A stretch of DNA of 64,000 bases from Octopus vulgaris (GCA_951406725.2 OX597821.1:112902001-112966000), one strand, 5' to 3'. Shown: positions 40,030 through 53,537, counted from the first letter of the stretch. The notes: generated by a model not told the origin, from the letters alone. A program made the numbers and translations.

Positions 40030-40770
40030 ATTTAATATGTACATTTGTGTATGTGTGTGTGCGCGCGTGTGTGTATGTACGTATGCATATATGCATATAT
40101 ATATATATACACACACACATACTGTGTTGTGCATGCGTAAATACATACACATGACATCGTATATACATATATATTTACATAAACATATATACACGTATAT
40201 ATACACACATATATATGTATATATATATATATATGCGTCTATTTATACACACATATATATACACATAAATGTATATATACATATATGTGCATACACACAC
40301 TTGTGTTTGTGCATGTGTATATATACATACATACGTACATACATACACACACATACATAAATCATACGTACATACGTATATAAACACATACATATACACG
40401 CACACATATATACACACACGTTCATACACTTACACATACATACATACATACATACATAAAATATACACATACATACATAAAATATACATACATACGTACA
40501 TACATACATAAAATATACATACATATTTACATACAAATACACACGCACATACAGACGCACACATACACACGAACACATGATCGCGCACACATATACACAC
40601 ACATTCATACACTCACACATACATGCATAAAACGTGCATATATACATACATACATACATACTTGCATACAAATACACACGCACATGCACACACATACATA
40701 CACACACACTTACACTCACATACACTCACACACACACACACACACTCACACACACACACACGCGCGCAAA
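40030..40770. repeat. Compound CA/TA/TACA microsatellite
   Basis: Direct inspection. Confidence 0.9.
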
Positions 40771-41431
40771 GACATGTCACTGAGCCGTTGCCAACACTCA
40801 AGCAATCAATATCCGGTGAGGTTTTATTTATATTCTGTTGTTGTTTTTTTGGCATTTTGGGTCATTGTAGTTGTATTGTTCTTTTTCACTTTCTTTGTTT
40901 TTCACTCGCCACCGCCACCGCCACACCAGAAAAGGTTTGTCTGTAAAAAAAAACCCAGGATCTCCTTCATGTCTTTCGCCATCATTCCAACGAATGTCGT
41001 CTCTGGTGAACGCTGTTTCCGTATGACGTCACTCCGATTAACCTCACAGCTCATTGCAGGCAGACACGATTATACTTAGCGCGGAATCCAATTAGAATCA
41101 CGTGACACTGCCGGTCACAATTATCTACCTGTCTAACTTTATTGCATAATTGAAGTGTGAAGGCGTGTGGCTTAGTGGGTAGGATATTCGGCTAACGATC
41201 GCAAGGTCGTGAGTTCGGTTCCTGACAGCTCGTTGTCTCTTTGTGCATGGAAATTTTATTTCACGTTGCTCCAGTCCATCCATCGGGCAAAAATGAATTG
41301 TTTTTATCTTCTATTTAAATCTTAAACTTTAAAAAGAATTCAATGTAATGGCAAACCGCTTCTCAACGACAATCACAACAACAACAAAATGATAATTACA
41401 GCAGCTGGCTTTCTTCCGTGTATTTTCATAC

Positions 41432-41817
41432 GTGGAGGCGCAATGGCCCAGTGGTTAGGGCAGCGGACTCGCGGTCATAGGATCGCGGTTTCGATTCCCA
41501 GACCGGGCGTTGTGAGTGTTTATTGAGCGAAAACACCTAAAAGCTCCACGACGCTCCGGCAGGGGATGGTGGTGATCCCTGCTGTACTCTTTCACCACAA
41601 CTTTCTCTCACTCTTACTTCCTGTTTCTGTTGTACCTGTACTTCAAAGGGCCGGCCTTGTCACTCTCTGTGTCACGCTGAATAGCCCCGAGAACTACGTT
41701 AATGGTACACGTGTCTGTGGAGTGCTCAGCCACTTACACGTTAATTTCACGAGCAGGCTGTTCCGTTGATTCGGATCAACCGGAACCCTCGTCGTCGTAA
41801 CCGACGGAGTGCTTCCA
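41432..41817 (+). mobile_element. tRNA-derived SINE (family C)
   Basis: Head GGAGGCGCAATGGCCCAGTGGTTAGGGCAGCGGAC...GGTTTCGATTCCC; decayed reverse copies at ~54200-54472 and ~54950-55082. Confidence 0.85.
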
Positions 41818-41951
41818 CTATTTTCATACATATAATAAAGGCAGTCGTTGCACTAGCTAACTTCCTGGTTTGTAACATCTCCTTATACACACCCCATTTC
41901 ACTGGCTTGTCATGTCGTGACTGTGTTGCTCTGCGGGGTGCGAGCCAGCAG

Positions 41952-42442
41952 AATACCTATTTCTTTACTACCCACAAGGGGCTGGCTAAACACAGAGGGG
42001 ACAAACAAGGACAGACAAACGGATTAAGTCGATTATATCGACCCCAGTGCGTAACTGGTACTTAATCTATTGACCCCGAAAGGATGAAAGGCAAAGTCGA
42101 CCTCGGCGGAATTTGAACTCAGAACGTAGCGGCAGACGAAGTACCTATTTCTTTACTACCCACACGGGGCTAAACACGGAGGGGACAAACAAGGACAGAC
42201 AAACGGATTAAGTCGATTATATCGACCCCAGTGCGAAACTGGTACTTAATTTATCGAAATTTTTGTTGAGGGGCCAGTTGATTAGATCAACTCCAGTACA
42301 CAACTGGTACTTAATTTATCGACCCCGAAAGGATGAAAGGCAAAGTCGACCTCGGTGAAATTTGAACTCAGAACATAACGGCAGACGAAATACAGCTATG
42401 CATTTCGCCCGGCGTGCTAACGGTTCTGCCATCTCGCCGCCT
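41952..42442 (-). mobile_element. Multimeric family A SINE
   Basis: Repeated TTTCTTTACTACCCACA.GGGGCT units; head ends at CTCGCCGCC. Confidence 0.85.
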
Positions 42443-42805
42443 CCAAAGTCCGCCTTAGTGAACCAACAAAACATTAAAACCCCACTTAGATAGTCACCCG
42501 AATACTAAAGCTCGCTCTGGAGAGCCATCTGAATGCTCGCCTTAGAGAGGCAGCAGAACACTAAAGCTCGCCATAAAACTATTTATGCCGACGGTTCATT
42601 ATTGAAATTATTCCTTTGTTGGTAAGAAACCTAAGGGTGAAGGCGGAAACCATTGCCAGCGATTGTTGAAGATGAGGAGAACTGGTGTTCGACTGGCTGA
42701 TATTGCATCACATTACGGTTGACTGAACAGTTCCGCCTCCCGGATGTAAACAGTGAAACGAAAGAGCTTTGACTCACAATAACAAAATGAACGACTTTGT
42801 TGTTG

Positions 42806-42860
<55 letters not shown>

Positions 42861-42957
42861 TATTATTATTATAGCGAGCACCTGTCATTGCACGGGTCCA
42901 CAAGATCTCAATCATCATCATCTGACAAGAAATCGATAACCGTTGTTGTTGTTGTTG

Positions 42958-43017
<60 letters not shown>

Positions 43018-43329
43018 CTTTTTTGTTGTATTGCCAAATATACAGTCTCAGCAATTATGTGACTTGAGAACTACAGACCGAAGAGGACAGCCTACTCTTA
43101 TTGTGTACTGTTTCAGACGTAATCTGCCTTCTAGATAGTTAACTCTCGAGAGTTAAGCCAATGACATAGGCTATATGTGGCCTCTCAGTCTGGTAGAAAT
43201 AACAGCCGAATCCCCCTATATCATACCACCCTGTCATCTTGAAATTAAAAAGGCTAGACGTAGTTTCAACGATGTTTTTTTTTAATGGGGTACAAACAGC
43301 CACCAAATGTCTTCGAATCACACTTTTTC

Positions 43330-43453
43330 CCAAGCACATGGTTCCGGGTTCAGTCCCACTGAGTGGCACTTAGGGCAAGTGTCTTCTACTGTAACCTCAG
43401 GCTGACAAAAGCCTTGTAAGTGGATTTGGTAGACGGAAACTGAAAGAAGCCCA

Positions 43454-43486
<33 letters not shown>

Positions 43487-43675
43487 ACCAGCGCTTGACA
43501 ACCCGGTGTTGGTGTGTTTACATTCCCGTAACTTAGTGGTTCGGCCAAAGAGACCGATAGAATAAGTGCCAGGCTTTTTAAAAGAAGTACTAGGGTCCAT
43601 TCATTCAACTAAAAAAATTCAAGGAGGTGCCCCAGCATAGCCGCAGTCTAATGCCTGAAACAAATAAAAGATAAA
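43330..43675 (+). mobile_element. Family B SINE
   Basis: Matches 11261-11710. Confidence 0.8.
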
Positions 43676-44013
43676 ACAAAAAAGAAATTGATAGACATGG
43701 CCTCTACGTGGTCTTTCATCATAGTAGAAATAGCAGCCAAATCTCTTTAAACCAATTCCTGCTATCTTGCACAAAGGGTTAGGGTTGGCGTAGCCTTTAT
43801 GTGGTCTTTCAACATGGTAGAAATAGCAACCAAATCTCCTCAAATCATACCTTGCTATCTTGAATAATAAAAAAAGATAGATTTGATAATGTGATCCAAG
43901 TTGAATACGTCAGTGTGATGCTCCAGCATGGCCTCAGTCCAATAACGTAAACAAATAAATGAAAAAAGATACGGTTTTCCATACCAGTTAGGAAAATCAC
44001 ATCAATTTTTGCG

Positions 44014-44324
44014 GGGAGATATTAATATTCTTCTCTACTCTAGGCACAAGGCCCGAAATTTTGGGGGAGGTGGGGTCAGTCGATTAGAGCGACCCCAGCA
44101 TGCAACTGGTACTTAATTTATCGACCCCGAAAGGATGAAAAGCAAAGTCGACCTCGGCGTTGGGAGATATTAGTATTCTTTTCTACTCTAGGCACAAAGC
44201 CCGAAATTTTGGAGGAGGGAGGCAGTTGATTAGATTGACCCCCAGCATGCAACTGGTACTTAATTTATCGACCCCGAAAGCATGAAAGGCAAAGTCGACC
44301 TCGGCGTTGGGAGATATTAATATT
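44014..44324 (-). repeat. Tandem pair of identically truncated family A SINE fragments separated by three target copies
   Basis: GGGAGATATTA(A/G)TATT at 44014, 44162 and 44309. Confidence 0.8.
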
Positions 44325-44636
44325 GAACAAGTTAAGAAGGCGGTGAGCTGGCAGCATCGTTACCGGATCAGGCAAATTGCTTAAAGCCATTTCGTTCGTC
44401 CCTCACGTTCCGAGTTCAATTACCCCTGAGGTCGACTTTACTTTTTATTGTTTCGGAGTCGATAAAATAAGTAGCAGTTATGCACTGGGGTCGATGCAAT
44501 CGACATACTCCTCTCCCCAATTTGCTGGTCTCGAACCAAAATTTGCAACCAATATTTTAAAAGTCATGGAATTTTGAAGGTTTGCTGTAACAGTCTTTAA
44601 ACGCCTTTGCGATTTTATGTAAACTACCTTGTTTTT

Positions 44637-44696
<60 letters not shown>

Positions 44697-44999
44697 TGCA
44701 TAGAAGACTAGACATTATTTTTTGAGAAATAAATAAAAGCTTTACAAAACTTTAAAAGTATTTGAAAATTTTAACCAATCAGATAGACTGATTCGCTTCA
44801 CACCTTCGTGAAGTTATGGAAATACTGTGTGTGTGCGCGCGCGCGCGCGCGCGTGTATGTTTACAAGATGCGATGTAATTTTTTGAGAAACTGATAATGA
44901 AAAGAAAACAAAGAAAACTCTTTTAGATGAAAATATTTAACTGGAGAAAATGAAACAAAGAATAAATTAACGTTTGTAATGGAAGTTTGTAATGTGCAA

Positions 45000-45380
45000 T
45001 AAATCCTAACTCTAACCCTGACCTCCAAACATTAAAATCTAGCCTTAAGCTCTAATCGCAAACCCTAAACCCTAACCCTAAACCCTAATCTCACTCTAGC
45101 CTTAAACCCTAACACCAAACCCTAAATCCTGACACCAAACTCTAAACCCTAAATGCAAACGCTAATCACAAACCCTAAGCACAAACCCTAACCCTAAACT
45201 CTAACCCCAATCCCGAACCCTAAACCATAACCCCGAACCCTAACCCAAACCCTAAATCTTAATCCTGAGCTCTAATCCCAAATTCTAAGTACAAAACTCT
45301 AAACACTAAATCCTAAACACTAACCGTAAATCTTAACCCTAAAATCTAACCCTGACCTTACACTCTAAACTCTAACCCCA
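45000..45380. repeat. Degenerate telomere-like CCCTAA/CCCTAAA array
   Basis: For example AACCCTAAACCCTAACCCTAAACCCTAA at 45061. Confidence 0.85.
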
Positions 45381-45530
45381 AGCTGGTTTCGCATGGTTGC
45401 AATGGGAAAGTATTCAAATAGCATAGTCTACCAGATGAGGTGTTGAGGATGAATAAATCAGATTGGCTAAAATTATATTTTAAAAATCTTCAATTTTAAA
45501 GGCTGGAAACTCTTTTATATTAATCTCTTC

Positions 45531-46565
45531 AGGGTGGCGAGCTGGCAGAAACGTTAGCACGCCGAGCGAAATGCTTAGCAGTATGTCGTCTGCCGTTACG
45601 TTCTGAGTTCTAATTCCACCGAGATCAACTTTGCCTTTCATCCTTTCGGGGTCGATTAAATAAGTACCAATTACGCACTGGAGTCGATATAATCAACTTA
45701 ATCCGTTTGTCTGTCCTTGTTTGTCCCTTCTGTGTTTCGCCCCTTGTGGGTAGTAAAGAAATAGATATTTCGTCTGCCGCTATGTTCTGATTTCAAATTC
45801 CGCCGAGGTCGACTTTGCCTTTCATCTTTTCGGGTCGATAAATTAAGTACGAGTTACGCACTGGGTCGATGTAATCGACTTCATCCGTTTGTCTGTCCTT
45901 GTTTGTCCCCTCTGTATTTAGCCCCTTGTGAGTAGTAAAGAAATCGAAATAGGTATGTCGTCTGCTGGTACGTTCTAAGTTCAAATTCTGCCGAGGTCGA
46001 CTTTGCCTTTCATCCTTTCGGAGGTCGATAAATTAAGTATAAGTTACGCACTGGAGTCGATGTAATCGACTTAATCCCTTTGTCTGCCCTTTTTTGTCCC
46101 CCCTGTTTAGCCTCTTGTGGGCAATAAAGAAATAAGAATTGTTAGCATACCGGGCGAAATGCTTAGAGGTATTTCGTCTGTCTTTATGTTCTGAGTTCAA
46201 ATTCCGCTGAGGTCGACATTGCCTTTTATCCTTTCGGGGTCGATAAATTAAGTACCAGTTACGCAGTGGGGTTGATCTAATCGACTGGTCCCCTCCCCAA
46301 AAATTTCGGGCCTTGTGCCTAGATTAAAAAAGGATATTAATTTCTTGAAAAAGGCGGCAAGCTGGCAGAATCATTACCGAGCTGGAAAAATGTTTTGCGG
46401 CCTTTCATCTGATTTTACATTCTAAGTTCAAATGCTGCCAAGGTCGACTCAGCCTTTTATCCTTTCGGAGTCGACAAAATAAGTACCATTTGAACACTGG
46501 GATGGTGTAATCGACTTACCCACCTCTCCCTAGAAATTGCGGGCCTTGTGCCAAAATTTGAAACC
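45531..46565 (+). mobile_element. Family A SINE multimer (about four body units) plus an older copy
   Basis: Head at ~45533; repeated ~184-bp bodies. Confidence 0.85.
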
Positions 46566-47240
46566 GTGATTATTATTTCCTCAAAAAATAGTTTTGATTT
46601 CTTAATTGTCCTGAAAGACCTTTTTAATTATTTTACTTGTTTCAGTCATTCACTGCGGCCATGCTGGAGCACCGCTCTGAAGAGGTTTAGTCGAACAATT
46701 CGACCCTAGGACTTATGACTTAAGCCTAGTATTTATTCTATCGGTCTCTCTTGCGGAAACGTTAGGTTACGGGGACGTAAACACACAAACACCGGTCGTC
46801 AAATGATGGGTGAGGAATACACATGTATACGACGGGCTTCTTTCAGTTTCCGTCTCCCAAATCCACTCACAAGGCTTTTGGTAAGAGACACTTGCCCCAA
46901 GTACCACGCAGTGGGACTGAACCCGGAACCATGTGGTTGGGAAGCAAGCTTCTTTAATGAAATCTGACCCAGTGTATGAAACCGAAAAGATCTACCACAA
47001 GGCGCTCTTTTTTTTTTGTTAGCCCTAGGTTAGTCCTGATCGAGAAAACTTATGATCAAAACCGTTCCAGCCGCGACCATCTCGGGCATGATTTGAAGGG
47101 TATTTGACTACTATTTCAAGAGATCACTTCCTCCTACGATGGTTAGACGTTGGTTGAAGGTATGTCCCATGGTAAACGAATATTTCGAACAAGTTACACA
47201 CACACACACACACACACACATACACACTCGCATACGCACG

Positions 47241-47294
<54 letters not shown>

Positions 47295-47475
47295 TACATA
47301 CACTCATACACATACGCGTATACACATACACACAAGCACAGCCATACGTAGACACACCCATAAATTTATATTACACATTCACACACACACACATACACAC
47401 ACACCTACATACCTGCATACATACATACGTACACAAGCACACAGACACACACAAACACAAACACACACATGCTCG

Positions 47476-47508
<33 letters not shown>

Positions 47509-47984
47509 TCAGTGACATTAGCGACATCTGTTCCGGAACACTTTCTCTCGTCGTTCACTCCGATCTCTTTTTCTCTCAAGAAAAAAAAAATAATAATAAA
47601 ATACAGAAAAGGCGGGACTGTCAACACTGGAAATGTCGTTGCTTATTTTATTATATATATACTCCTAGGCCAGATTTGAGTGAACATACCTATAATGATC
47701 AAAGACTGTTCTAGCCAGGTCTTCGAGTGAACAGACTTGTTTAATCAACGTTGCTCCATCTATGACCATCACGGTGCATTTTTAAAGAAGGTAGGAAGCA
47801 ATAAATAATGGGATGTTGGCTGTTATTTCTTGCAGACTGAGTGCCTATACAGGGGCGCATCTTCTTTGTTAATCGTCAGTGAACCGACCACACCACACAT
47901 TCCAGCTACTAAAGGCGTGTTTATACAATTCCCTCTCTCTCTCTCTATCTCCAATTTATATACGCCTTTCTTTCTTTCTTTCTG

Positions 47985-48031
<47 letters not shown>

Positions 48032-48223
48032 GTCTTTCTTCTTCTATCTTTATCACTCTTTCTATTTTATATACATCGCTTCCTCATTCTCTCCCCCTCT
48101 CTCCTTCTCTACAATTTATATACACCTTTCTTTCTTTCTCTCTTTACTTTCTCTCTCTCTCTCCTTATCTCTCTCTTATATATATATATATATATATATA
48201 CATCTCTCTCTCTCTCCCTCTCT

Positions 48224-48263
<40 letters not shown>

Positions 48264-48318
48264 AATATTAAAATAAATAAGTCTCTCTAAAAGAGAACAG
48301 CGGCAGCGTTCCCGGAAA

Positions 48319-48692
48319 ATAATAGTTATCGCCATACTAATATGGCATTCTTATAAAAATAAGAAAAAAGCTGTCCGCTTATTAGCTCCATGAGGCCATC
48401 GCCTTAAGTTAGCTATTTGATACACAAACTGTATCCATATAACCTTCGAACAAGGGAGGTCAGTCGCTCCACACTACTTGACCGGCAGCTACAGACGCGT
48501 TTCAGGGTATTGCCCCTTTTCAATGCAGCGTAGCCAGCCAGTAGGTGTCGCTTCCGACAATCTCTGTTCGAAGGTTATATGGATACAGTTTGTGTATCAA
48601 ATAGCTAACTTAAGGCGATGGCCTCATGGAGCTAATAAGCGGACAGCTTTTTTCTTATTTTTATAAGAATGCCATATTAGTATGGCGATAAC

Positions 48693-48698
<6 letters not shown>
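48319..48698. repeat. Perfect 134-bp inverted repeat with 112-bp spacer
   Basis: 48319-48452 is the reverse complement of 48565-48698 with no mismatch found by eye. Confidence 0.95.
48479..48539 (-). ncRNA. Type I hammerhead ribozyme candidate with U3-A8 core variant
   Basis: Minus strand: GGCUGGC-uac-GCUGCA UUGAAAA GGGG-caaua-CCCU GAAA C-gc-G UC UGUAGC-u-GCCGGUC. Confidence 0.7.
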
Positions 48699-48739
<41 letters not shown>

Positions 48740-48742
<3 letters not shown>

Positions 48743-48920
48743 GGAAAGTTCACGAAAAAAAACAGAAGATGAAGACTGGTGGTATACAAAACAAACAGAT
48801 GTATTATTATAACGCTCAGGAATAGAAAAAGTCTTTTACGTTTCGAGCCTACGCTCTTCGACAGAAAGGGACACAGAAAAAACAAGGAGAGAAAAAATGT
48901 GTGAAGTGGCTAACGATTTT
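48740..48920 (-). mobile_element. Reverse copy of the 9990-10180 repeat with minimal hammerhead-like motif at 48833-48868
   Basis: CTTT CTGTCGA A GAGC-gtag-GCTC GAAA CG TA AAAG on the minus strand. Confidence 0.6.
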
Positions 48921-48984
48921 CTCTCCTTGTTTTACATACCTCTCTCTCTCTTTCTCTCCTTTCCTTCCTTCTTTCTCTCATCAA

Positions 48985-49052
<68 letters not shown>

Positions 49053-49200
49053 CTCAACACAAGGTAGGAGAACGTACGTGTCCTTTCGTCGTGCTAGAAA
49101 TAGCAACCTAAAACCTCCTTAAATCACAAAAAGAAAACAACGGTTTGAATTAATTACTTTTGGTCAATCAGGTTTACTTTCGGACCAAACAGCAACACCG

Positions 49201-49603
49201 GTGGAGGCGCAATTGCCCAGTGGTTAGGGCAGCGGACTCGCAGTCGGAGGATCGCGGTTTCGATTCCCAGACCGGGCGGTGTGTGTGTTTATTGAGCGAC
49301 AACACCTAAAGCTCCACGAGGCTCTGGCAGGGGGTGGTGGCGACCCCTGTTGTACTCTTTCGCCCCAACTTTCTCTCACTCTTTCTTCCTGTTTCTTGTC
49401 CCCGACTTCCTACGCAACCGCTGAGCCTGGATGCGCATTCATCCATCCGTCGATGCTCTCGGTGTCGGGGGTTGACCTGCTTTCTCTTCTGCGGGTTTTA
49501 CGAATAGCAAAGGACTTACGAATAGCAAAGGCCCACGTTTCGGACTTCTCCCATCTTGCGAGCTCTGAAACGAAGACCGTTCGCTCAACAGCAACAGCAA
49601 CAC
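49201..49603 (+). mobile_element. Family C-head SINE with alternative body and (CAACAG)n tail
   Basis: Same head as 41432; AACAGCAACACC both upstream (49188-49199) and at the 3' end. Confidence 0.8.
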
Positions 49604-50211
49604 CAACACGTAAGAGTGAGTGTCTGTGTTGCTAAAAATAACAGACACCATACACCTACAGTTTTAAAAAGTAGAAGAATTCAAATATGCAGGGGAGGGT
49701 TCTGAACATTTTGGGGAGTCTCAATAACCGTTGCTTTCTGGTAACGCCGATATGCAAGCATTTTCCAAATAAAACCGTAACATTCTTATGACACCCGACT
49801 TAAGATTTACAGCCTTCTCTACCCGCTGTTGCGTTCCTGTGGAAATATGACAACAGCTTTCTAAGATTGGAGACAAGAATTGAACAATCAAAACTGACGT
49901 TATTGTATTTCCAATTACTCTGAAATCTTTAAAGTGTTAAATCTTGTCAAAAGGAAACCTATATGCATTCGTCTGCAGTTTGCAATACAGCGACATCCGT
50001 GAATCAGTAAGGAAACAAACAAACAAAAAATGCAGTCCCGTATCGAAATTCCACCGTCCAACTTTCAGCTGGCCACGATACGTTTCTACCTACGAAAAAA
50101 AAATTCAGTTGATCGCAACGCATTTCAGAGAACAACTAGATTGTATCTCTGCAAGCTTACATTTCTCCGGGACCTACACTTTGTCGTCCTTGCTTACCCA
50201 CAGCAACTGCA

Positions 50212-50580
50212 GGGGAGGCGCAATGGCCAAATGGTTAGGGCAGCGGACTCGCGGTCGGAGGATCGCGGTTTCGATTCCCAGACCGGGCGTTGTGTGTGTT
50301 TATTGAGCGAAAACACATAAAGCTCCACAAGGCTCCGGATGTACCCCTGTTGTACTCTTTCTCTCGTTCCTGTTTCTTGTTCCCGACTTCTTACGAAACC
50401 GCTGAGCCTGGATGCGCATTCATCCATCCGTCGATGCTTTCGGTGTCGAGGGTTGACCTGCTTTCTCTTCTGCGGGTCTTACGAACAGCAAAGGACTTAC
50501 GAATAGCAAAGCACGTTTCGGACTTCTCCCATCTTGCGAGCTCTGGGACGAAGACCGTTCGCTCAACAGCAACAGTAACT
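50212..50580 (+). mobile_element. Second copy of the 49201-49603 SINE
   Basis: Near-identical head, body and tail. Confidence 0.8.
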
Positions 50581-50692
50581 ACACACGATCTCAACGCCAG
50601 ACACGCTTGGCTTCTGCACTTCTTTTAAGGCACTTGCCACGGAATGCACCCTTCTGCCAGAAACATTCCCATTGTGCCGTGGATTGAGAATG

Positions 50693-50758
<66 letters not shown>

Positions 50759-51450
50759 AGCTCCTTTCGCTGAAAGTCTGCAGCTTCACCGGTTGTCTCG
50801 CACATTTATTCGCAATCCCTTAATGAATCACTTAACACTGCCCCGAAGCCCACACACACGAGGGCCAGTCTACGCCTTATGCACACAAAACTACATTGCA
50901 TGCTATTCGAGTCGACTCGACGAAACACCTTTCCCGTATACCTCACCTTAGATTCTTCCACCTGGCATCTATGATTTTTCTAGCTTTGCATCACAACTCC
51001 CTGTATCTTCTACACTTCACATTCTGCATCCACAATTTTAAACGTTCTGTGATTTTCGCACTGCGCCCATTTCTGCAATTTATCATGTTACCGTTGGTTT
51101 TCTCTTTTGACTAACTTTCTAAGGATTCCTGGATTCTTACTCAACATCCGAAAAGCCTAGCCTACATTTTTCTATGAATTCCTTCCTCACTGTTCTTGAT
51201 TTTTGCATTAGCAAATTTATGAGTGTCCACTGTTAACCTTTAATCTTTGGAGTCAAACTTGGGTCATGGCAGACATGAGTCCGAAAATCCTTCTATTGGC
51301 CTGAACCATTTAGTTAGAAAAAATTATAGGGAACTCCTAATCAGTTCTACGTTTTTGGTCACTTGGCGCCAAATCAAAGGGCACTTCTTTCTCTTTCTTC
51401 ACCTGTGGCTTGTCAAAGAGGGAGCATTTAACTTTCAACCTCTCTACTTG

Positions 51451-51550
<100 letters not shown>

Positions 51551-51618
51551 CTTATCTATGAATCTTCTAATATCTACACAGCCTTGTTTTTTTTATCTCA
51601 TTACGCAAAAAAATTCTT

Positions 51619-51673
<55 letters not shown>

Positions 51674-51906
51674 CTTTTACTTGTTTCAATTATTAGACTG
51701 TGGCCATGCTAGGGCACTGCCTTGAAAAGATTTTAGTCGAATGAATCGACACAAGAACTTGTTTTTTTTAAGCCTGGTACTTATCCTATCGGTCTTTTTC
51801 GCTGAACCGCTAAGTTACGGCGACGTAAACACACCAACACCGGTTGTCTAGCGGTGATAGGGAACAAGCAAAGACATAAAGACGCACACACACACATACA
51901 TATATG

Positions 51907-51940
<34 letters not shown>

Positions 51941-51956
51941 TGTATGTATGTATGTA

Positions 51957-51989
<33 letters not shown>

Positions 51990-52606
51990 CTACGACGGTC
52001 TTCGGTCGTCTGTACAGTTTCCGTCGACCAAATTATACTCACAAGGTATTGGTCAACGTGAGGTTGTAGGAAAAGATAGAAGACCCGGAGGAACCACGCA
52101 TCGGAAGCGAACGTTAACCGCCGTGATTGCGAAGCGAACTTCTTAACTGTTCAGCCAAGCCTATGCCTAGAATTAAAATCATTCTGTGATTGCTGGGTGT
52201 TTTTTTCACACAAAATATATTTAGAACTAGGTTATCAAGTGTGTCGTTTCTATGTTTAAACAGTACAATTCAATTTTAAGGAAATGTGGTTACTATTTCT
52301 AGCGACGTAAGTGACCACATAAAAGGCTGGTAGTTTAGCTAAGCAAGATCTTTTACTGTGTCAGTAATGTACAAAAGTTATCTCCCTTGTTTCAATTATT
52401 TTCTTGTTATGACTGTTTTATAAATTAAATTTGATATCTTCGCATTGTCTTTTGACTGGGGGAGAATTCGAGACGTTTATGGCTTTCCGCAGAAAACAAA
52501 ATTTTTAAAAATTGGAAAAGGGATAGAAATAAATAATAATAATAATAATAAAGCCATGGAAACTGGAATCGAAGCTTGTTATTTACTCAGATAACTTCAA
52601 ATATAT

Positions 52607-53024
52607 ATTTCTTTACTACCCACAAGGGGCTAAACACAGAGGGGACAAACAAGGACAGACAAAGGGATTAAGTCGATTACATCGACTCAAGTGCGTAACT
52701 GGTACTTAATTTATTGATCCCGAGAGGATGAAAAGCAAAGTCGACCTCGGCGGAATTTGAACTCAGAACGTAACGGCAGACGAAATACCTATTTCTTTAT
52801 AACCCACAAGGGGCTAAACATAGAGGGGACAAACAAGGCCAGACTTACGTATTAATTCGATTACATCGACCCCAGTGCGTAACTGGTACTTATTTAATCG
52901 ACCCCGAAAGGATGAAAGGCAAAGTCGACCTCGGCGGAATTTGAACTCAGAACGTAACGGCAGACGAAATACTGCTAAGCATTTCGTTCGGCGTGCTAAC
53001 GATTCTGCCAGCGCACCGCCCTTC
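52607..53024 (-). mobile_element. Dimeric family A SINE with 21-bp TSD
   Basis: CTCAGATAACTTCAAATATAT at 52586-52606 and 53025-53045. Confidence 0.9.
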
Positions 53025-53083
53025 CTCAGATAACTTCAAATATATCTGAGAGAAACATCATATAAATAGATATTCGCATACAT

Positions 53084-53115
<32 letters not shown>

Positions 53116-53537
53116 GCACGCACGCACACAGGCACACACACACACACACATCCTCGAAGGATACTATCCCTCGCACGCAGCAGATTTACTGATCTCCCTG
53201 CCCCCAACCAAGTGTATCTCTGCGTCCCTACACTCAGATGGAAAGTCAACATATATTCTTGTTAACCCATAGCTGGAATCTTGACAAGTGCTACAACTCC
53301 GGGTCAGAGTAGACCCGAGAACAAGGGTGGCTAAGAGGTGGTTCAACCCAGTGGCCGACTGGCCAGCTTGCCCGATGGTAAGTGGGGCCTCTGCACCATA
53401 CCATTAGAATCCATATATGGGGGCCCATGTTAGTATCTCAGGGTCCCATCTCCTCAAGTCTGAGAATTTTTTATTCACTCCTGGAAGAATACATGAATTA
53501 TTTCAGCCTAGCTGTGTTTATAGACAGTTGAAGAGAA

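Noticed and set aside
41432-41507. tRNA gene-like sequences (also 17543, 49201, 50212, 60540)
   Set aside because: They are SINE heads continuing into SINE bodies, without a proper acceptor stem or terminator.
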